Below are positions 12,301-26,300 of a stretch of DNA of 64,000 nt, in pieces. Position 1 is the stretch's first letter; every line of letters starts with the position of its first letter. The position numbers and the translations under genes were made by a program. The notes under the pieces are model-generated. The model ran no database searches, was not told where the DNA came from, and saw nothing but the letters and a program-made list of their open reading frames with translations. This DNA comes from Fimbriosthenelais zetlandica (lineage: Eukaryota), in the NCBI GenBank assembly GCA_977030845.1, contig OZ365118.1, forward strand, positions 21,328,001-21,392,000. The letters are read 5' to 3'.

Positions 12301-13202
12301 AATTTATCAAAAATATATTCTTCCCAGAGGCAAAACACATGTGGTTCAAGGGAAATAAATTTTCAGGTGCATGGACTTGAATTGCGTTCATGAATGCGAT
12401 GTAGCATTCCCACTTTAATATTTTATAACTACTAAATCTCAGTCATGTTTTGTGCTATTATTTGAGCTTGAATTATGAAGCCTGGGATTTGCTTGCAGTG
12501 CTTGTAATGAAGATTAACATTTTATGATTAAATCAGAGTTATTTGTTATGTTTTTGCGTGGTGGGTGATGGGTAATAAATGTGTTTATTGAGCCTGGTTT
12601 TTTACCGCTCCGATGAGCTGTCCGACAATGATAGATTCTTAATAACCTCAGCTGCTTTCAATCCTGGCTTTAATCTCTGGGCTTGCCTAAAATATCAACT
12701 CCACACAGGCCGGAAAACAGCGCAATCAATGAAAATTATCAATACCACCCGCCTAATTATTTCAATTTTATATTTTTTGTTTGTTAAAATATGCTCGCTT
12801 AAATGTCGGCTCAGTTCAGTAAATTGGGAACACATTGTAAAACCTAACTGTAACAAATTATTCTCATGTTTTTCTCAACACTGTTAAATAAATTTACTGT
12901 TTTCAACAATAGAATAGCGGATAAACTACAAATGATTCAGGCCTCAATCTATTGGAAAATACATTGAAAAGTAGACATTTCGGAATGTATAAGATGCTTG
13001 CCTGTAAGGTTATTGAAGGAAATTTGACCAAGTTATATTTACAGTGCATGAGTATACGAGTTAGCCATATCAGAGGGACTTTATTTCCCTAAACCCAACT
13101 TCAAAAGCATACAGCTCGGTTTTCATCAAGGAAATGAACATGTACAAAGTAGCCTATGAAACCTTGCTTCGGGGATCACCACGGTCATATCGACCTGTCT
13201 AT

Positions 13203-13216
13203 GTTCCCATGGAAAC
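13203..13216. promoter_or_regulatory. RFX X-box followed by TAATCC
   Basis: GTTCCCATGGAAAC then TAATCC. Confidence 0.5.
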
Positions 13217-13562
13217 TAATCCCAAAGAGGACGGAGATTCCTTTGTCACAAATCCCACGCTCTCCACCCGTCATCTATCATCTCTAGATTGTTCAAAAGC
13301 TTTCAAATCTCTGGCCACCAGATGTGCCAGCCTCGAAAAAAAAATATTTAAAAAACGCCCAGAAAGAATGTTGAAATGATAATGGGCAAAGGAGAAACAC
13401 TTCAACAAGCGAATGATATCTCTTACTCGGTACACAATCAAATATAATAAAATTGAATACTTTGGACATTCCTCGGGGAATGATTTGATTTGTCCCGGAC
13501 AAATATGTGTAAAAAGGACCCTGGTTTTTCAAGGGGAAAAATGCTGCATATAAATGAAATGT

Positions 13563-13600
13563 GTTTACCTATGAAAAAGATATAGAAAGAGAGATAGAGC
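13563..13600 (-). other. Candidate recursive splice site
   Basis: TCTATCTCTCTTTCTATATCTTTTTCATAG|GTAAAC, a long pyrimidine tract abutting a GT donor at 13569/13568. Confidence 0.3.
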
Positions 13601-16600
13601 GCTTTATGTTATGGGTGAGGGTAGTGTATAGGGAACTAGGTGCAGTGTAAAGGGTGCATTGTGGTGAAGATGAGATGCAATCACCACCTTTACAGAGAGA
13701 AGTCAGTGGATGGATAAAAGGTAAAAGGACAAATGACATCGGGAAGCTGTGGATTCCTATTCAAATATTACACACCTAGTCTGTTTGCTTCTTATTATGT
13801 TAGGTCGCACCAGCCAAAATGCACTCCAACAAACTTTCTAAGGTATTCATAAGTTTGTTTTTTTCCCATTTTTTTTTGGCCAGGTTCGGTCGTATCTTTC
13901 TCTTTTTGTTCAGAATAAGTGTCATTTTGAATTGAATGAAGACACTTTTCAATGGTTGTTACATCGTGAAGGTGGTGAGAGCATTTCAATTGAGACTTGA
14001 TTTTTTTCAGATGCATATCATTGATTCACAGCAAGTAGACCACCAAAGTGTTTTTCAAAGAAATAGACAATGAAGGGAAGAGAGCATAAAATGTAGATTT
14101 TCCTTGACACATTTTGAATAACAGAAAGTCTAATGCATTGAGAATACGATTAAGAATAGTGTTACTGACATAAGAAAATAATGTATTGGAAAACATCAGA
14201 GTAAATGCATTGTTTTTAACCCATATTTCAAGGGCGGAAAAAATATGTTTTTGCACTCTCACTTATTCGTAAAATCACTCTTTTGTCAACCATGTCGATG
14301 GCTTTGTTTGCAAAGTAAGTGAGACAGCATTAGGAGACCTCAGTGGGACAGCGAGTACTTATTGAATCCCTAAGTTTCTTTTCATCCTTCCCCAAGCCCG
14401 TAAGGCAAATACATTACATAGGGGAGAAAAGGAATAAAAGATACACGTCTGTCCCTGCCTGGTCCGCGTGTGGGTTCTCCTTGTGAACTGGCCACGAGTT
14501 GGATGTCCCTCGAGCCTTAACACAAACGTGCAATGATTTAAATGTGTCTTCTTCAAGCGTGGAATTTATGACCTTTTCTTTGATGGTTCTACAATGCTTT
14601 TGAATGGGAACTGGTAACTCAGGGAATCACGGAGTTTTCCCATTAGTTTTGGGTGCAATATAGAAGTGACACAATGAAGGAGGAAGGAGAGGAGAGATGA
14701 GTCATCGTACGTGATGCATGGAGCCACACATACGACACCTCAATTCAAAGAGGTAAAATGGGCGCAAAAAATCATAAGCTCATCATCTTTCATATAAATA
14801 AACTCAATACAAATATATCCCATTGTACCTACAAATATGAATCTAGTATTCTCAAACTGATATTCCTCCCTACCAAACATTGATCTTATCTCAGATGTGT
14901 TACGTTCCTTTGAGACTGTAAACTCTTTTTGAAATGTAAATTCTGAGGACAAACTCCCGGAAGTCAGCTGTGATCTTTTTTATTCGTTCTCCCCACTGTC
15001 AAGTTTCTTCCTTGCTCTTCTCTATTTCGATGTGAATAGAGAATGAGACAGGAGTGGGAAGGATGGAAAAAGGCAGCAAGTTTTACTGCCGAGCATGTCC
15101 CACCTCATACAAGACTTCCACAGTTTCTGAATCACCTATTCAGACTTTTTCCTAACCATTTTGAGTTTTTTTCGACAGGAAATGAGATATAAATCTCCTA
15201 AGAAATGAGATGGAAATGGGCTGCAGAGGAAAGGTTTATTATAGGTTTCTAAATCCAATTATTGCAGTAAATGCACTGTCTATCAGTCGGGGGCTCAGCT
15301 CGCTGCAAAGGTGAATTTCAGAAACACTATACACAATGAGGCATTGTTGTATTCCCATTACGATGCAGCGATCTAAGCCCATTTAGTGTTCAATCAGAAC
15401 GGGCATCAGATCCTTGTGTTGCATAAAGCATTTACACTTCATTGTAAGTGTGGAGGAATGCAGTATATATTCAGAAAGCAATAATACACAAAGCAGGGGG
15501 CATTCTATAATAGATAATCTTACAATACATTATGAAATGGCTCCCCATGATGCTCACAATGTCCACTAATGATTTCAGCCAACTTCAATGGTAATACCCG
15601 AGGCTGGACAATGTACACAATGGTCTTCTTCAGAGGGTCTTTCCCAGTCCCCTACCGTGGCCATCTATAGGTACTGGGACTGTCTATTAAGGGCTGGATG
15701 CACTAACGGGATGGCATCAGGTTTATCCTCTCATTTTATACACCTAAGCTTAATAAGTGGTTTAATTACAGGATTGAGTAATGTCAAATACTGACCACAG
15801 CTGGAAGTATTGACTCATGTATTGTGGTTCAACTTTGCATCAACAGCTTTGGGCATATCCCAGCGAAGAGGAAACACGTTGTTGGTTCTCATAAGTCTCC
15901 TCAAAGTTCAGCAACAATTTGCCTTGAAGTAACCTGTAAGTTGGGAACCTGTAACCTGTCGCCTAAGATATGGGAAAATGTATGTCGTTTTGATGAACTT
16001 GAATGGGTTAGAATCTGGTGAGAAATCGGCTAAGTGGAGCTGGGGCTTATAAAGAGTAGATTGTAGGTAAATATGATGGTAGTTTGAATCCATTCTCTCA
16101 TTATCTTTATTAGGGGCGCTTCACATAATGCATGACAGGCAGGGTAATTAAACACACAAAAGACAAGTAAATTCCCACATTTACCTCACATGAATGACCA
16201 CTAATTTGTAGCAGAGACTTTGATGGATTTATCAGGGGGGTATATTAGGTCCATTATGGATCAGAGTGTCATGAGGGAAACAAATATCATTATCCTAATT
16301 GCGGCTCATTAATATCTCTACAATATGGTATGATAATGGAAAATAGGCTGGGTGAAAAACTGAGGGGAATGTATGTACATGTGTCCCATCCACGAATTGA
16401 TTCATATCTAATTTACCAAAATTTATATATAGATTTTTTTACATTTAGGCCTATTTATAGAGCATATGTCAACCTAGGCTCTAGTAAGATTCTAACTTGA
16501 ATGTTCATGTTTACGATAGAAGTCATTGTTTTGCTTAAAATACACTTTTTGTCTGTCGAGCGATCACTTTTAATAGACATACCATACAAAATAGAGAAAA

Positions 16601-16632
16601 TTTCCCAATTTTTTTTCAATTTTTGTTCTCAC

Positions 16633-17051
16633 CTTATTCCATCTCCTTCCCTGAGGACGGGTTTACTCCTGTCGCTTGCCCCAAAAGAGTTAGACTTCAC
16701 CTTGGCCGTGTGGGGGCGCTTCCTGGCCTCCATGCACCCATTCCACAGTAACTGCCCTCTACCTTGGCCCCCGACTATATCGGGAGGGGCAGGCACCAGC
16801 AGGTTGGCATCCCAATGATCGGGAACACTGAGTCTGTGGGGGTTGTTTTTGCCTCCTCGCCCACTGCCTCTCTTCTCATCCCGGGCTAGCTTGGGAAGGT
16901 CACTGATAGCCCTGGCTGATTCAGACCTCTGGCACCTCCCTGGAGAAGGTGAGGAAGAGGAGGAAGAAGAGCGAGACTTGGGAGGAGAGAGTCTACATTT
17001 CTCTGACATTTTTGCCAAATATTGCTGGAAAATATTGATGTGTGGCATCAT
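16633..17051 (-). CDS. Large alternative first coding exon (139 aa, Ser/Arg-rich and probably disordered; MSEKCRLSPPKSRSSSSSSSPSP...HRLSVPDHW...RKRPHTAK...REGDGI), phase-2 donor
   Basis: The ORF spans a GC-rich island and ends at AG|GTGAGA exactly where the sequence turns AT-rich. ATGs at 17051, 17048 and 17009. Confidence 0.7.
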
Positions 17052-20000
17052 CTGGGTGTTAAGGGTATTCCTCTGTTAGTTGACAAGTTCAATTAATGTT
17101 GGTATATCCATACTGTGAGAGGTTCAGTAGAAATAGTGCTTAGAATTCTTCAATCAGGTTTAGCGTAAATCCAGAAACTTTTTAAGGATCCTCTGCCACT
17201 GTTTCCTCTGTGAAGATATATATGTTCATCAACATATGCAGTAACATTGGTCCATTGTTTGAGGTCACATATTATGACCAATTAAACGGCTCAATATCTT
17301 GGCGGCAACGACCAAATTAAATATGATATGAACATCGCAGCGTCCACATTTGCTACCCCTGTTCACAGAATTTGTTAATTATGCTTTCTGCTAACTAAAT
17401 ACCACTCGAATATTCCCCTTTAAAGCACCATCCGTGAAATACCAATGTTCCAGGGGTCCAGATTGGGGGAGTATGTGAGTAAATACTATAGCCTACACAG
17501 AGGCACACTCCGGTGTTTGGGCCTTTTTTCCTTCCAGCCAAATAGCAGATGAGAGGTGGGACGGAATGGAATGTGATTCATTATGTTTTAGTCACACTCA
17601 TCTGCTCGTCTGATGTACACTTCTTGTGACAGGTGGGGACATCGTTATATAACATGTCAAACTCGAGATCAGTTGGTCTTTAGTGAGCAAAAAGGTGTTA
17701 AAATCATTTAATTACATTAATAAATTGCCTGAAAATATTCCCAGGGAGGTGTGAGGAAATCTCGTAGATTTTCCAAGTAAAAGTTTGGAGATATAGAAGG
17801 GAAAGTGGTGAAAATCCAATTGGATATTGGGTATTTAATCAGGTATTAGAAGGTATGTTTGGGCATATCGTATCACTCTGCAGAGATGTGATTTTTATAG
17901 CAGAATTGGGAATGCAGAAGCATCAGATCGTGCCCAAGTACAGGTCCAGACCAAGGCTAAACTCAATTAATCCCAGAAACATTGTACATTACAAGGCCGC
18001 GGATTTACTTGTCAAAGTGTAGACGGGAGAGAGAGTGCACGTTGAAGTGTATCTCAGAACACACTCGAGACACTTGTTTTTTGAGAGCTTCCCATGTACA
18101 TACATCTAAGATATCACAAGTGGGGGTATAGGCTTATCTTACAAGATCTTGGCAAAAGATCCTATCCTCGATCCAAGCTTTCAGTGAGTCTATGTAAGAC
18201 AGGGGAATAATCACATTCCTACCTTGCCGTTATTCACGGCTCTTGTGAAATGAAAAATGAGGACTGAGGAGCCAGCACATGGTCTGTCAATCTTTGAAAA
18301 TTGGTATTTTATGAATGTTCTGTACTACCTGAGACTTTGAAGCATCCGGTGGTTTTGGATTCAAAGTGTATGGAAAGTGACATTAATGGGGGGCCTGAGT
18401 ATAGAGGTTTTTGACATGTGATAAGGGACGGAGTAGGTTATATATAGGGATCAAGTTTGCTATGTATGTTTTTACTTGTCCACCTATTCATTAGAGTCAA
18501 CAGAGCATTGGTTCCTCCTGAAATTCCCTTTTATATCCCAGGTAAATGAGCCTAATTCTGTTTATTTAAATGGCCATGAATCACCTAGCTTTTCTTTTCA
18601 ATGAGAATGGAAGTTTAGAATTGCCAAGTTTCATGAGAATAACCATTGGTCCATATATATGAATTAAATATTCCATAAATCAATTAAAGCTGCAAGATCT
18701 ATGGAATATCTACGCAATTATCTCAGGCCATGTGAAATTCACAGATATTTCCACAGGTAAATCAAGGTGTTCTTATGTCATATCCCAAGGAATATTGTTG
18801 AGCATAATCTATATATCCAGTGGTACACTGAAGATGCATGGAAATCACATATAAAATCCTCATATATTTCTATAGAGAGATGTCATTTATGATAGTTTGA
18901 TATATCTATGGAGCTCTGAATCACAGATGTATGAAGTATTTTCGAGTCCAAGATATGATTGTAGAGAGCACTTTGATTCATGGCATGTCCACATGGAGCG
19001 GAGATAAATGGGAAGGAATGCCAATCCACTCTCTTAGCGAGCCGTAGTGACGCCAGAGTCGGGGGTAGGGGTAGGGTTACAGGTAGCTCTTATACACCAC
19101 CTACCTGCCCACTACTCCATATAGATCGTATATCTCACCTGGATTCAGTGACAGAGGTATAAGGTGACTGTCCTAAAGTCGCTGTAAACCCCTATAGACG
19201 ACATGTGTATACATGTATGCGTGTGGTAGAGGTGGGTGGGGGTCCATGCTCTGAGGAAAGGATCACAACCGTTATGGTCTATGGATGCATTGTCCACTAT
19301 ACAACATGTATACTCCAGCTGTCCACTGTCCAGTGGTGGGAGGTCGACCCAGGGCAATGTCCACTCACTGGGGGAAAGATCCAAAATCAGTCCAAAGTTT
19401 TCAATTGGATCTCATTGCAATGTTTAATGTTCCTCTTCATCCATGCGTTAGATCCATACATCCATGGCTGTATACCATATCTATGTATCGTAAGATTATG
19501 CTTTCTGAAAGTGAAGAGATAACCGTTTTGTCGGACGAACGTACAGAGCCCTAAGCCAGTGGATTCTACCCTTAAGTTAACAAAAGAAATGTTATCCAAA
19601 CATGCAGCTGGTGCCGAAAAGTGACATTTACATGTAGAGACAGACAGACACACGGGCACCGCGAAAACACACAGAGTGAGAGAGAATGCTACAACCGGCG
19701 CATTACACACACAACTGTGAACAAGTCTTCAAATAAACTCTGGTGCAAGCTTGAGTAACCTCCACACACTATCTGAGGTCCCAGGAGTCAGCTGTTCCCA
19801 TATAGAAAACATAGATATATATGTATGGCGGGGAGAGCAAGGAAGTGGAAACGAGGGAGGTGGGAAAAGAGCACACGACCGCTTTAAATATCAAGCCACG
19901 TGGAAAGACCCATTTTATGTGGAGATGTGGGGAAAAATGAAATTTTGAGAAAGAAATATTGAGTCCATTGTCAGGATGAATATTCAAAAGGATTCACCCC

Positions 20001-20335
20001 AAATGCAGTGGGGTATTCCATGTAAAGAAGCGTTGGAATATTATATGTAACTCCTAGATGGTATGGGGTTTTGGTATTGTGGAAATAAATCCAAAGTTGC
20101 AGCTGTTTTGGGAAGAATATTGGCAGTGGAGGTTTGGAGGTTGATCTATATAGAGTGGAGTACTGATATAGTCAGTGCTCCTGTGTGTGGGGTGGGGTGG
20201 GGTGGGGCGGGGGGGGGGGTGGGGTGGGGCGGGGGGGGGGGCGGGGAAGCCTATAATAGATCTACAGTAGGAAGTCAATACAATCTACCATCATGATTTG
20301 TCCATATAACCAACAGGGCCAAACTTTTTCAACTT

Positions 20336-20500
20336 CTCTCTCCACCCCACCCTCTCTCCATCATACCTCCCTTCTCTCTCCACCCTACCCTTTCTCCATC
20401 ATACCTCCCTTCTCTCTCCACCCTACCTTTTCTCCATCATATCTCCCTTCTCTCTCCATCCTACCCTTTCTCCACCCTACCTCCCTTCTCTCTCCCCTGC
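20336..20500. repeat. 38-bp pyrimidine-rich minisatellite, about 4 copies
   Basis: Unit CTCCATCATACCTCCCTTCTCTCTCCACCCTACCCTTT. Confidence 0.85.
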
Positions 20501-20769
20501 CCTTCTTGCACCAACTCTCTCCTGTCTCCTATTCTATGTTCTTTCAGTTCCCTTTGCTTCTCTGTCTCTCTTTCTCTGCCACTGACTGTCCCTGTCATTT
20601 TTTCTGTACCTCTGTCCCTTCATCGCCATCTACAGTCTCCCTCCCTCCATCCACCACCATATATACCCAGCCTTTGTTATCAGTATAGATACCTTTGGCT
20701 AGCATCAATGTTCAGCTCTCGCTTGCTACCAGCCAAACTTTCGATCAGTCAGAGTTGTGTATGGCTCAC

Positions 20770-20804
20770 CTGTTATATAGGAACACCTCGTGGCTGTACA
20801 ACAT
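20770..20804 (-). CDS. Candidate short alternative first coding exon, MLYSHEVFLYN, phase-2 donor
   Basis: ATG, 11 codons plus AG, donor CAG|GTGAGC. Confidence 0.45.
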
Positions 20805-20904
20805 TACTGGATCAATCAATCCAGCTATTTTATATTATTGCTGCACTTTCCACGACCAGATGCTGAGGCACAGAGGGTGTGGTGACCAAGTGAATGTATG
20901 TCTA

Positions 20905-21180
20905 CACAGATGAGACCAGTCCTGACACAGGACAGACCCAGTCCTGTCAGAGATCAGACCCAGTCCTGTCACAGATCAGACCAAGTCCTGTCACAGATCA
21001 GAAAAAGTCCTGTCACAGATCAGACCCAGTCCTGTCACAGATCAGACCAAGTCCTGTCACAGATAAGACCAAGTCCTGTCACAGATCAGACCAAGTCCTG
21101 TCACAGATCAGAAAAAGTCCTGTCACAGATAAGACCCAGTCCTGTCACAGATAAGACCCAGTCCTGTCACAGATCAGACT
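20905..21180. repeat. 22-bp minisatellite, about 12 copies
   Basis: Unit CAGTCCTGTCACAGATCAGACC. It explains the ORFs at 20894 and 20898, which have a 22-aa period. Confidence 0.95.
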
Positions 21181-21842
21181 CAGCCTTGTGACAAAAGGAC
21201 AGCGTTTCGTTCCTGGTATTTTTACTCGTATCATTTTTGATATAGTTGGTGAGTTGTTGGTCAGTAAGGTAGATGTGTAGTACATGACTGGGAATGACCA
21301 CATGGCGCCACTGACCGCCATCACGTCAATCTGTCTCCTCTTGTGTCCATACCTCATGACCAGTCATCAAAAATAGAAACTAGTCATTTTTTAGTCACGT
21401 GATTTATACATTTAGGTGCGGATCCATTTTCAGATCCTAGAGACTATGATATAGATATCTGTAGTGTACCCATAATGTACATTTGTACATTATATATTCA
21501 TCTGTGTTCAAGTTCACAAAAACTAGGTCTTAGGTCTGTACTGTTTCTTTCATTCTATCTCTTTATATTCTGTCCATTTATATGGGGACAGGCTCTACCA
21601 TAGTTAGCTCTATAGTCGCTAATATATGGAGATACATTAATGTATGGTATAGATGTAAATGAATGCATGTACACGCTATATGTGACATGGTTGAGAGTGC
21701 AGCATGACATGTGGTCGACTCATCAGTAGATAGAATGATGACAGTGATGATACAGCACCACGCCTGACCTGGATCTCAATACACCATGCTGTAATGATAT
21801 AAACTAAACATATATTACACACGTATTGTAAACTGATATAGG

Positions 21843-22058
21843 CGAGGGTGGCAGGAGATAGGGTAAGAAGGGGAAGGGGAGATTGGGGAACTAAAGGAAA
21901 GTGGAGGGATGGGTGGATGGGGAGGGCAAGGGAAGGGTTGGAGTAGAGTTAGGGGAAAGAGGCAGTAAGGGAAAGAGGAGGGATGGGTGGAAGGGTAGGG
22001 CAAGGGAAGGGTTGGAGTAGAGTTAGGGGAAAGGGGCAATAAGGGAAAGAGGAGGGAA
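21843..22058. repeat. Purine-rich tract with an internal duplication of about 70-75 bp
   Basis: GGCAAGGGAAGGGTTGGAGTAGAGTTAGGGG...AAGGGAAAGAGGAGGGA occurs twice. Confidence 0.8.
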
Positions 22059-23324
22059 AAAAGTATGAAGGTCAGGAGGAAGATCAGGGATAAAGGAAAG
22101 ATGGCAGGAAGGAAAGGTAGGCCTATACTGAGAAGGGCACGAGATAAAAGAAGAGAAATGACAGATAGTTTGGGAGAAGTAACAGTGCATGTGACTTGGT
22201 GATTGTGGTGGGAGGTGGGAGGTCAACAACCCCCCAGGTGAAAATGGTACTAATTAAAGTTGTACAGGTACTTATTACGCTACCAGGTGATCATTGTGGT
22301 TACTCATACCGCAATCACCTGCCAAGGTGAGACAGAACTGTGTAGCACCAGAAAGTAACAAAGAAATCATAGGATGCGCCAGTATTCATTCTCTTTCGGG
22401 GAAATGCCCCAAATCGGTGAGAGACCGGCTTGGTGGATCGTGAGACATTGTCTGGGAGTAGTACACCTCTCATCTCACATTAGGGAGAAGCACCTCACCC
22501 TACATACAGCACCTACATACAAGGAATCTCTCACACTCAGGTGAATGGAGTCTAACATCAATATAATATAGGCGTCACCAGCAAGGTGACAACTATACAA
22601 TCAATCCACTGACTTAGGCTGAGACTAAGACAAGTAATTCTTATGTTTAATGTTTCTGAATTTAATATATGGTTTTAGCATCAAATATCAAAATTCTCCA
22701 AGTCAACTTTACCTCATTTACTGGTATAAGTGAAAATATATCCACACTATAACCAAAAACACTAAGTTACTTCTCTTTGGCCTGAACAATCATATGACAA
22801 AATGGTCGATGTATTTGTTAAACAAATGAGCAAAAACCTATAGATTCGGCGAGCTGTGTGGGCAGAGACACGCTCCAATGATGTATCCTTTACTTTTATA
22901 TCAAGTCTCGTATTGCCTGGTTCCTGCCTTGTACGTGACTTATGTAATGTCACATCTATAGATGTGTCGAGGGTGACAATGACTGACACCCTATCAATCA
23001 ATAGCGGGGTAACTAGCCGGATAAATCCTATATAGCTGCATTATCCATGGTAAATAAGACCTTTTGTTAAGGGTGTAGGTTGGGGTGGTACACCCCAAGT
23101 GAACTTAACATAGGGGTGTTGGTTTGGGGTAGAAATCCATGCACGTACTGGAATAACCCAAGTTTGTGTTTTCAGGCACTGGAGGAATGAGTAGGGGAAA
23201 CACTCTCGGCACTCCAGTGAGTGTTCAGGAAGTGATGGTCTCAGGTTGGTTGACTTAACGTGTGTGGATGGGGGAGTAACGTTCACCCATGTGTTGGTAC
23301 CTTGGATGGTTGTGTGTGATGGTG

Positions 23325-23368
23325 GGTAGAGTGAGTGGGTAGAGTGAGTGGGTAGAGTGAGAGTGAGT
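23325..23368. repeat. 13-bp tandem repeat, 3 copies
   Basis: GGGTAGAGTGAGT x3. Confidence 0.8.
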
Positions 23369-26300
23369 GTAGATATACCAAGCAGTGAGTGAATCTCTCA
23401 TGACGGAGTCAGTATATCTATAGGTATCTGTATCCAGGTACTGGTCTATTACAGGTATGACATCAGCGCGGGTTCCTATAAACTATACTAGCCTCTCCCA
23501 TCACCTGGTAGCTACCGCCACACAAAGGTGTTCACTAGTATTGATGAACACTCTTAAAAATACATGCGTGTCCTAATGAACACTGTCAAAAGATGTGGCA
23601 GTGAATACCGTTACGTCATGTGGCACTGTACACTGTCAAAATATGGAGCAATATACACTGTTAAAAGATGTTCATTTCAGCAAACGACGCATTGTCTATC
23701 CACTGACATTGTGAGCTACAACAGAATGCATCATTCATAGACTTTGGCAATTGAAAACTTTTTAAAAAAACAACCCAAATCGTCAGCTGAGTTTACAGAG
23801 CTCAAAGTTCCCAAGTCTGACGGCAGTGATCAGGTATTAATGATATAAATCCAGGCCTTAATCCGCGGATTTCCCCTGGTATTATCGTCTGGATTAAAAG
23901 TTGGCTGAACTCTGGGTTATGAGTGTAATAGGTTGGTCATGCATGGTGCGGTATGGTGGTGTGGAGGCAGCAGGGTGGGTTAGATCTATTATGGCGCCTA
24001 TTTTAGCATGTGCACCCAGCGACAATCTGTAGGTTTAAGGGTGCGCTCCCACTCTAACCTCTCTCCCCTCCCTCTCCCTGGATCTCCCCATGTTTCTACC
24101 TATATTTCTCCCCTCTCTTTTACAGCTTCTTTGCTATTTTCTCTCCGTCTCTCCCTAACACTTCCCCTCTGTGGCTCTCTAGCTTTTCCCCTTCCCTCTA
24201 GCATGCTCTCCCTTCTCTCTAGCTCCTTCTCTCTCCCTCCCTCTCCCTACTCAGCATGCAAATCACCATAGCCATGATAAATCACCATGCTTCATATTGT
24301 CAATCTACTGCAGCTCATAAGTCAGTCACACTATTTACACAAAACACTATCAAAAATACATGTCTGTAAATGAACAATAACTACTGAAGTATACTATTAA
24401 ATGTATCCCCAACTTTTGCAAGAAAGAGCCTTCTAAATACCGTAGAATGTCATAGGTTGTTCTGAATAAAGTTTCACAAATATTGTGAACTCGTTAAAAA
24501 GAGATACTCGCGTGGTTAGGTGAGTATTTTTGTGAGAAAAACCTTTTCTTATAGTGTACACCATCCAATTTAGAAATGAGCCACATATCATTAATGTAAA
24601 TAAATCATATTTTATAACGTACAGATTAAGTAATATTTTACAGTGCATGACAGGCCTGGTGGAGGGGGAACTTCTCACATAGGTTCAAGCCTGGCTTTTC
24701 TTTCTTTCTTTTTTGGCAGGTGAACATCTGGCCGTTGTATAGTGGTGCCATATACTGGCCATGGTTGATGATGAATGGTAGACTGAGAGCTTGATGGTAT
24801 AAGCTATATAAGAGGGCAACATGAATGGTTTGTGGTGTGTGTCTCTAGGCTAGTTATTGTCGGTTGTACCCAGTGTTCTGCATGGCCTGGTTCTATCTCT
24901 AAACTTCTCCATCAGGCCACAAGAAAAAAATACCAATTGTGTTTTGGTTTCCATACAAAAAAAGAGAGAAAAAAGCATCAAGTTGTTTGGGGTGCCTGAT
25001 TAAATAGTCATGGACTTGGAGCACCACAACATAAATTAGCCTTGACCTAATAGTTTTTAAATATAAATACAAATTTTGTACCATATTGCAATGCATATAT
25101 AGTTTCAGAGAAAAAGATATATTTTGTGTTAAAAAGGTAATATTTATATGGAACAGTCTTTTCTTTCATGAAACACAGAAAGTTGTATTCAGCCTAAGCA
25201 TGGGATTACGCCGGAGGACAGCATTTCCAGAAAGACATTTAACAAGAATAGCAGAACTAAACTGACATCTAACTATATCTGAACACCTCTAAATCCCCCT
25301 CCCATTATCTCCCTATAGGGGACCATTTCTTAAAAAATAATATGCAAAACTAATGCTATTCTTTAGCTTCTATTTATAAAATGAGCTTTTTATGAAATGA
25401 TCCCCAGTTTCATAACAAATCTTTGCACCCATACAAAGTTTGCCCTCACTATTTTCCCTTGTCTTCTCACATCCTATGGGAAACTAGGTCGGTTCTACTT
25501 CCCCTATACTTTATACCACCATTGTAATGACTTACCTATTCAATTTAAAAGGGGATTTAACTGTAATATCTTTTGCAAAGGAAGTATATTAAATATTCAA
25601 CTATAATCGATGCCAATTGGTGCATGGCAAACATTTCATATAGGAAATAGTCTCTCAGTTTAAAACTTAATTAAGTCAAGTGACAGAAATACTTGACATG
25701 CGTCAGGAAAGCCCAATAAAAACAAGATTTAGTCTGAAAAGTCACTAAAAGCCTTAAAAGTATTTTCTCAAGTTGTTTGTAATTAATGCACTAAAAGTGG
25801 CGTAATTGTGGGTAAGGGTGACACTTTTTACATAACAAAGGTACAGAGTGTGAGGGCCCATTAATCTTAACCCACAAACTAAGCTATAGTGAGAGGGTGT
25901 AATGTAGGAGAGACGGATGGGGGACTTAGTCCATGTCATAGCTGTATTGTCAGCATATATTCCACCTCTCTTACATACAGTCTCCTCGCCAGGCCTATTG
26001 TTGCCGTGGAATGGCTCTCCCCTTTCATGTTTCGCCGACCACTTAAGCTGGAGACCTGTGTTGGGTTGGGGGATGGAGTGGGCAGCGGGGCCATCTATAA
26101 ATGCTTGTATTGTGCCCCATGTTATAACATGACAAGGCCTGGTATAGTCAAGTTATCAAACAGTGGGATCAAAACTTTTGTCTGCTTTCCAAACACAGAG
26201 CTCTGGGTATTAAATGAGAAATGAGTTATATTGTATCCAGGTTTTTCAATCTCTCAAGCTGAATGAATTGTTTGATTGCACACAAATTCCATTCTTATTC

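Noticed and set aside
12700-13400. Possible Kolobok-like non-autonomous element fragments (also near 5400-5560, 48190-48330 and 58200)
   Set aside because: Resemblance from recall only, with no paired TIRs or TSDs identified.
16451-16460. Single perfect MEF2-type site CTATTTATAG after the large first exon
   Set aside because: An isolated AT-rich 10-mer is expected by chance in this sequence.
20894-21191. ORFs with a 22-aa period
   Set aside because: Translation of the 22-bp tandem repeat.
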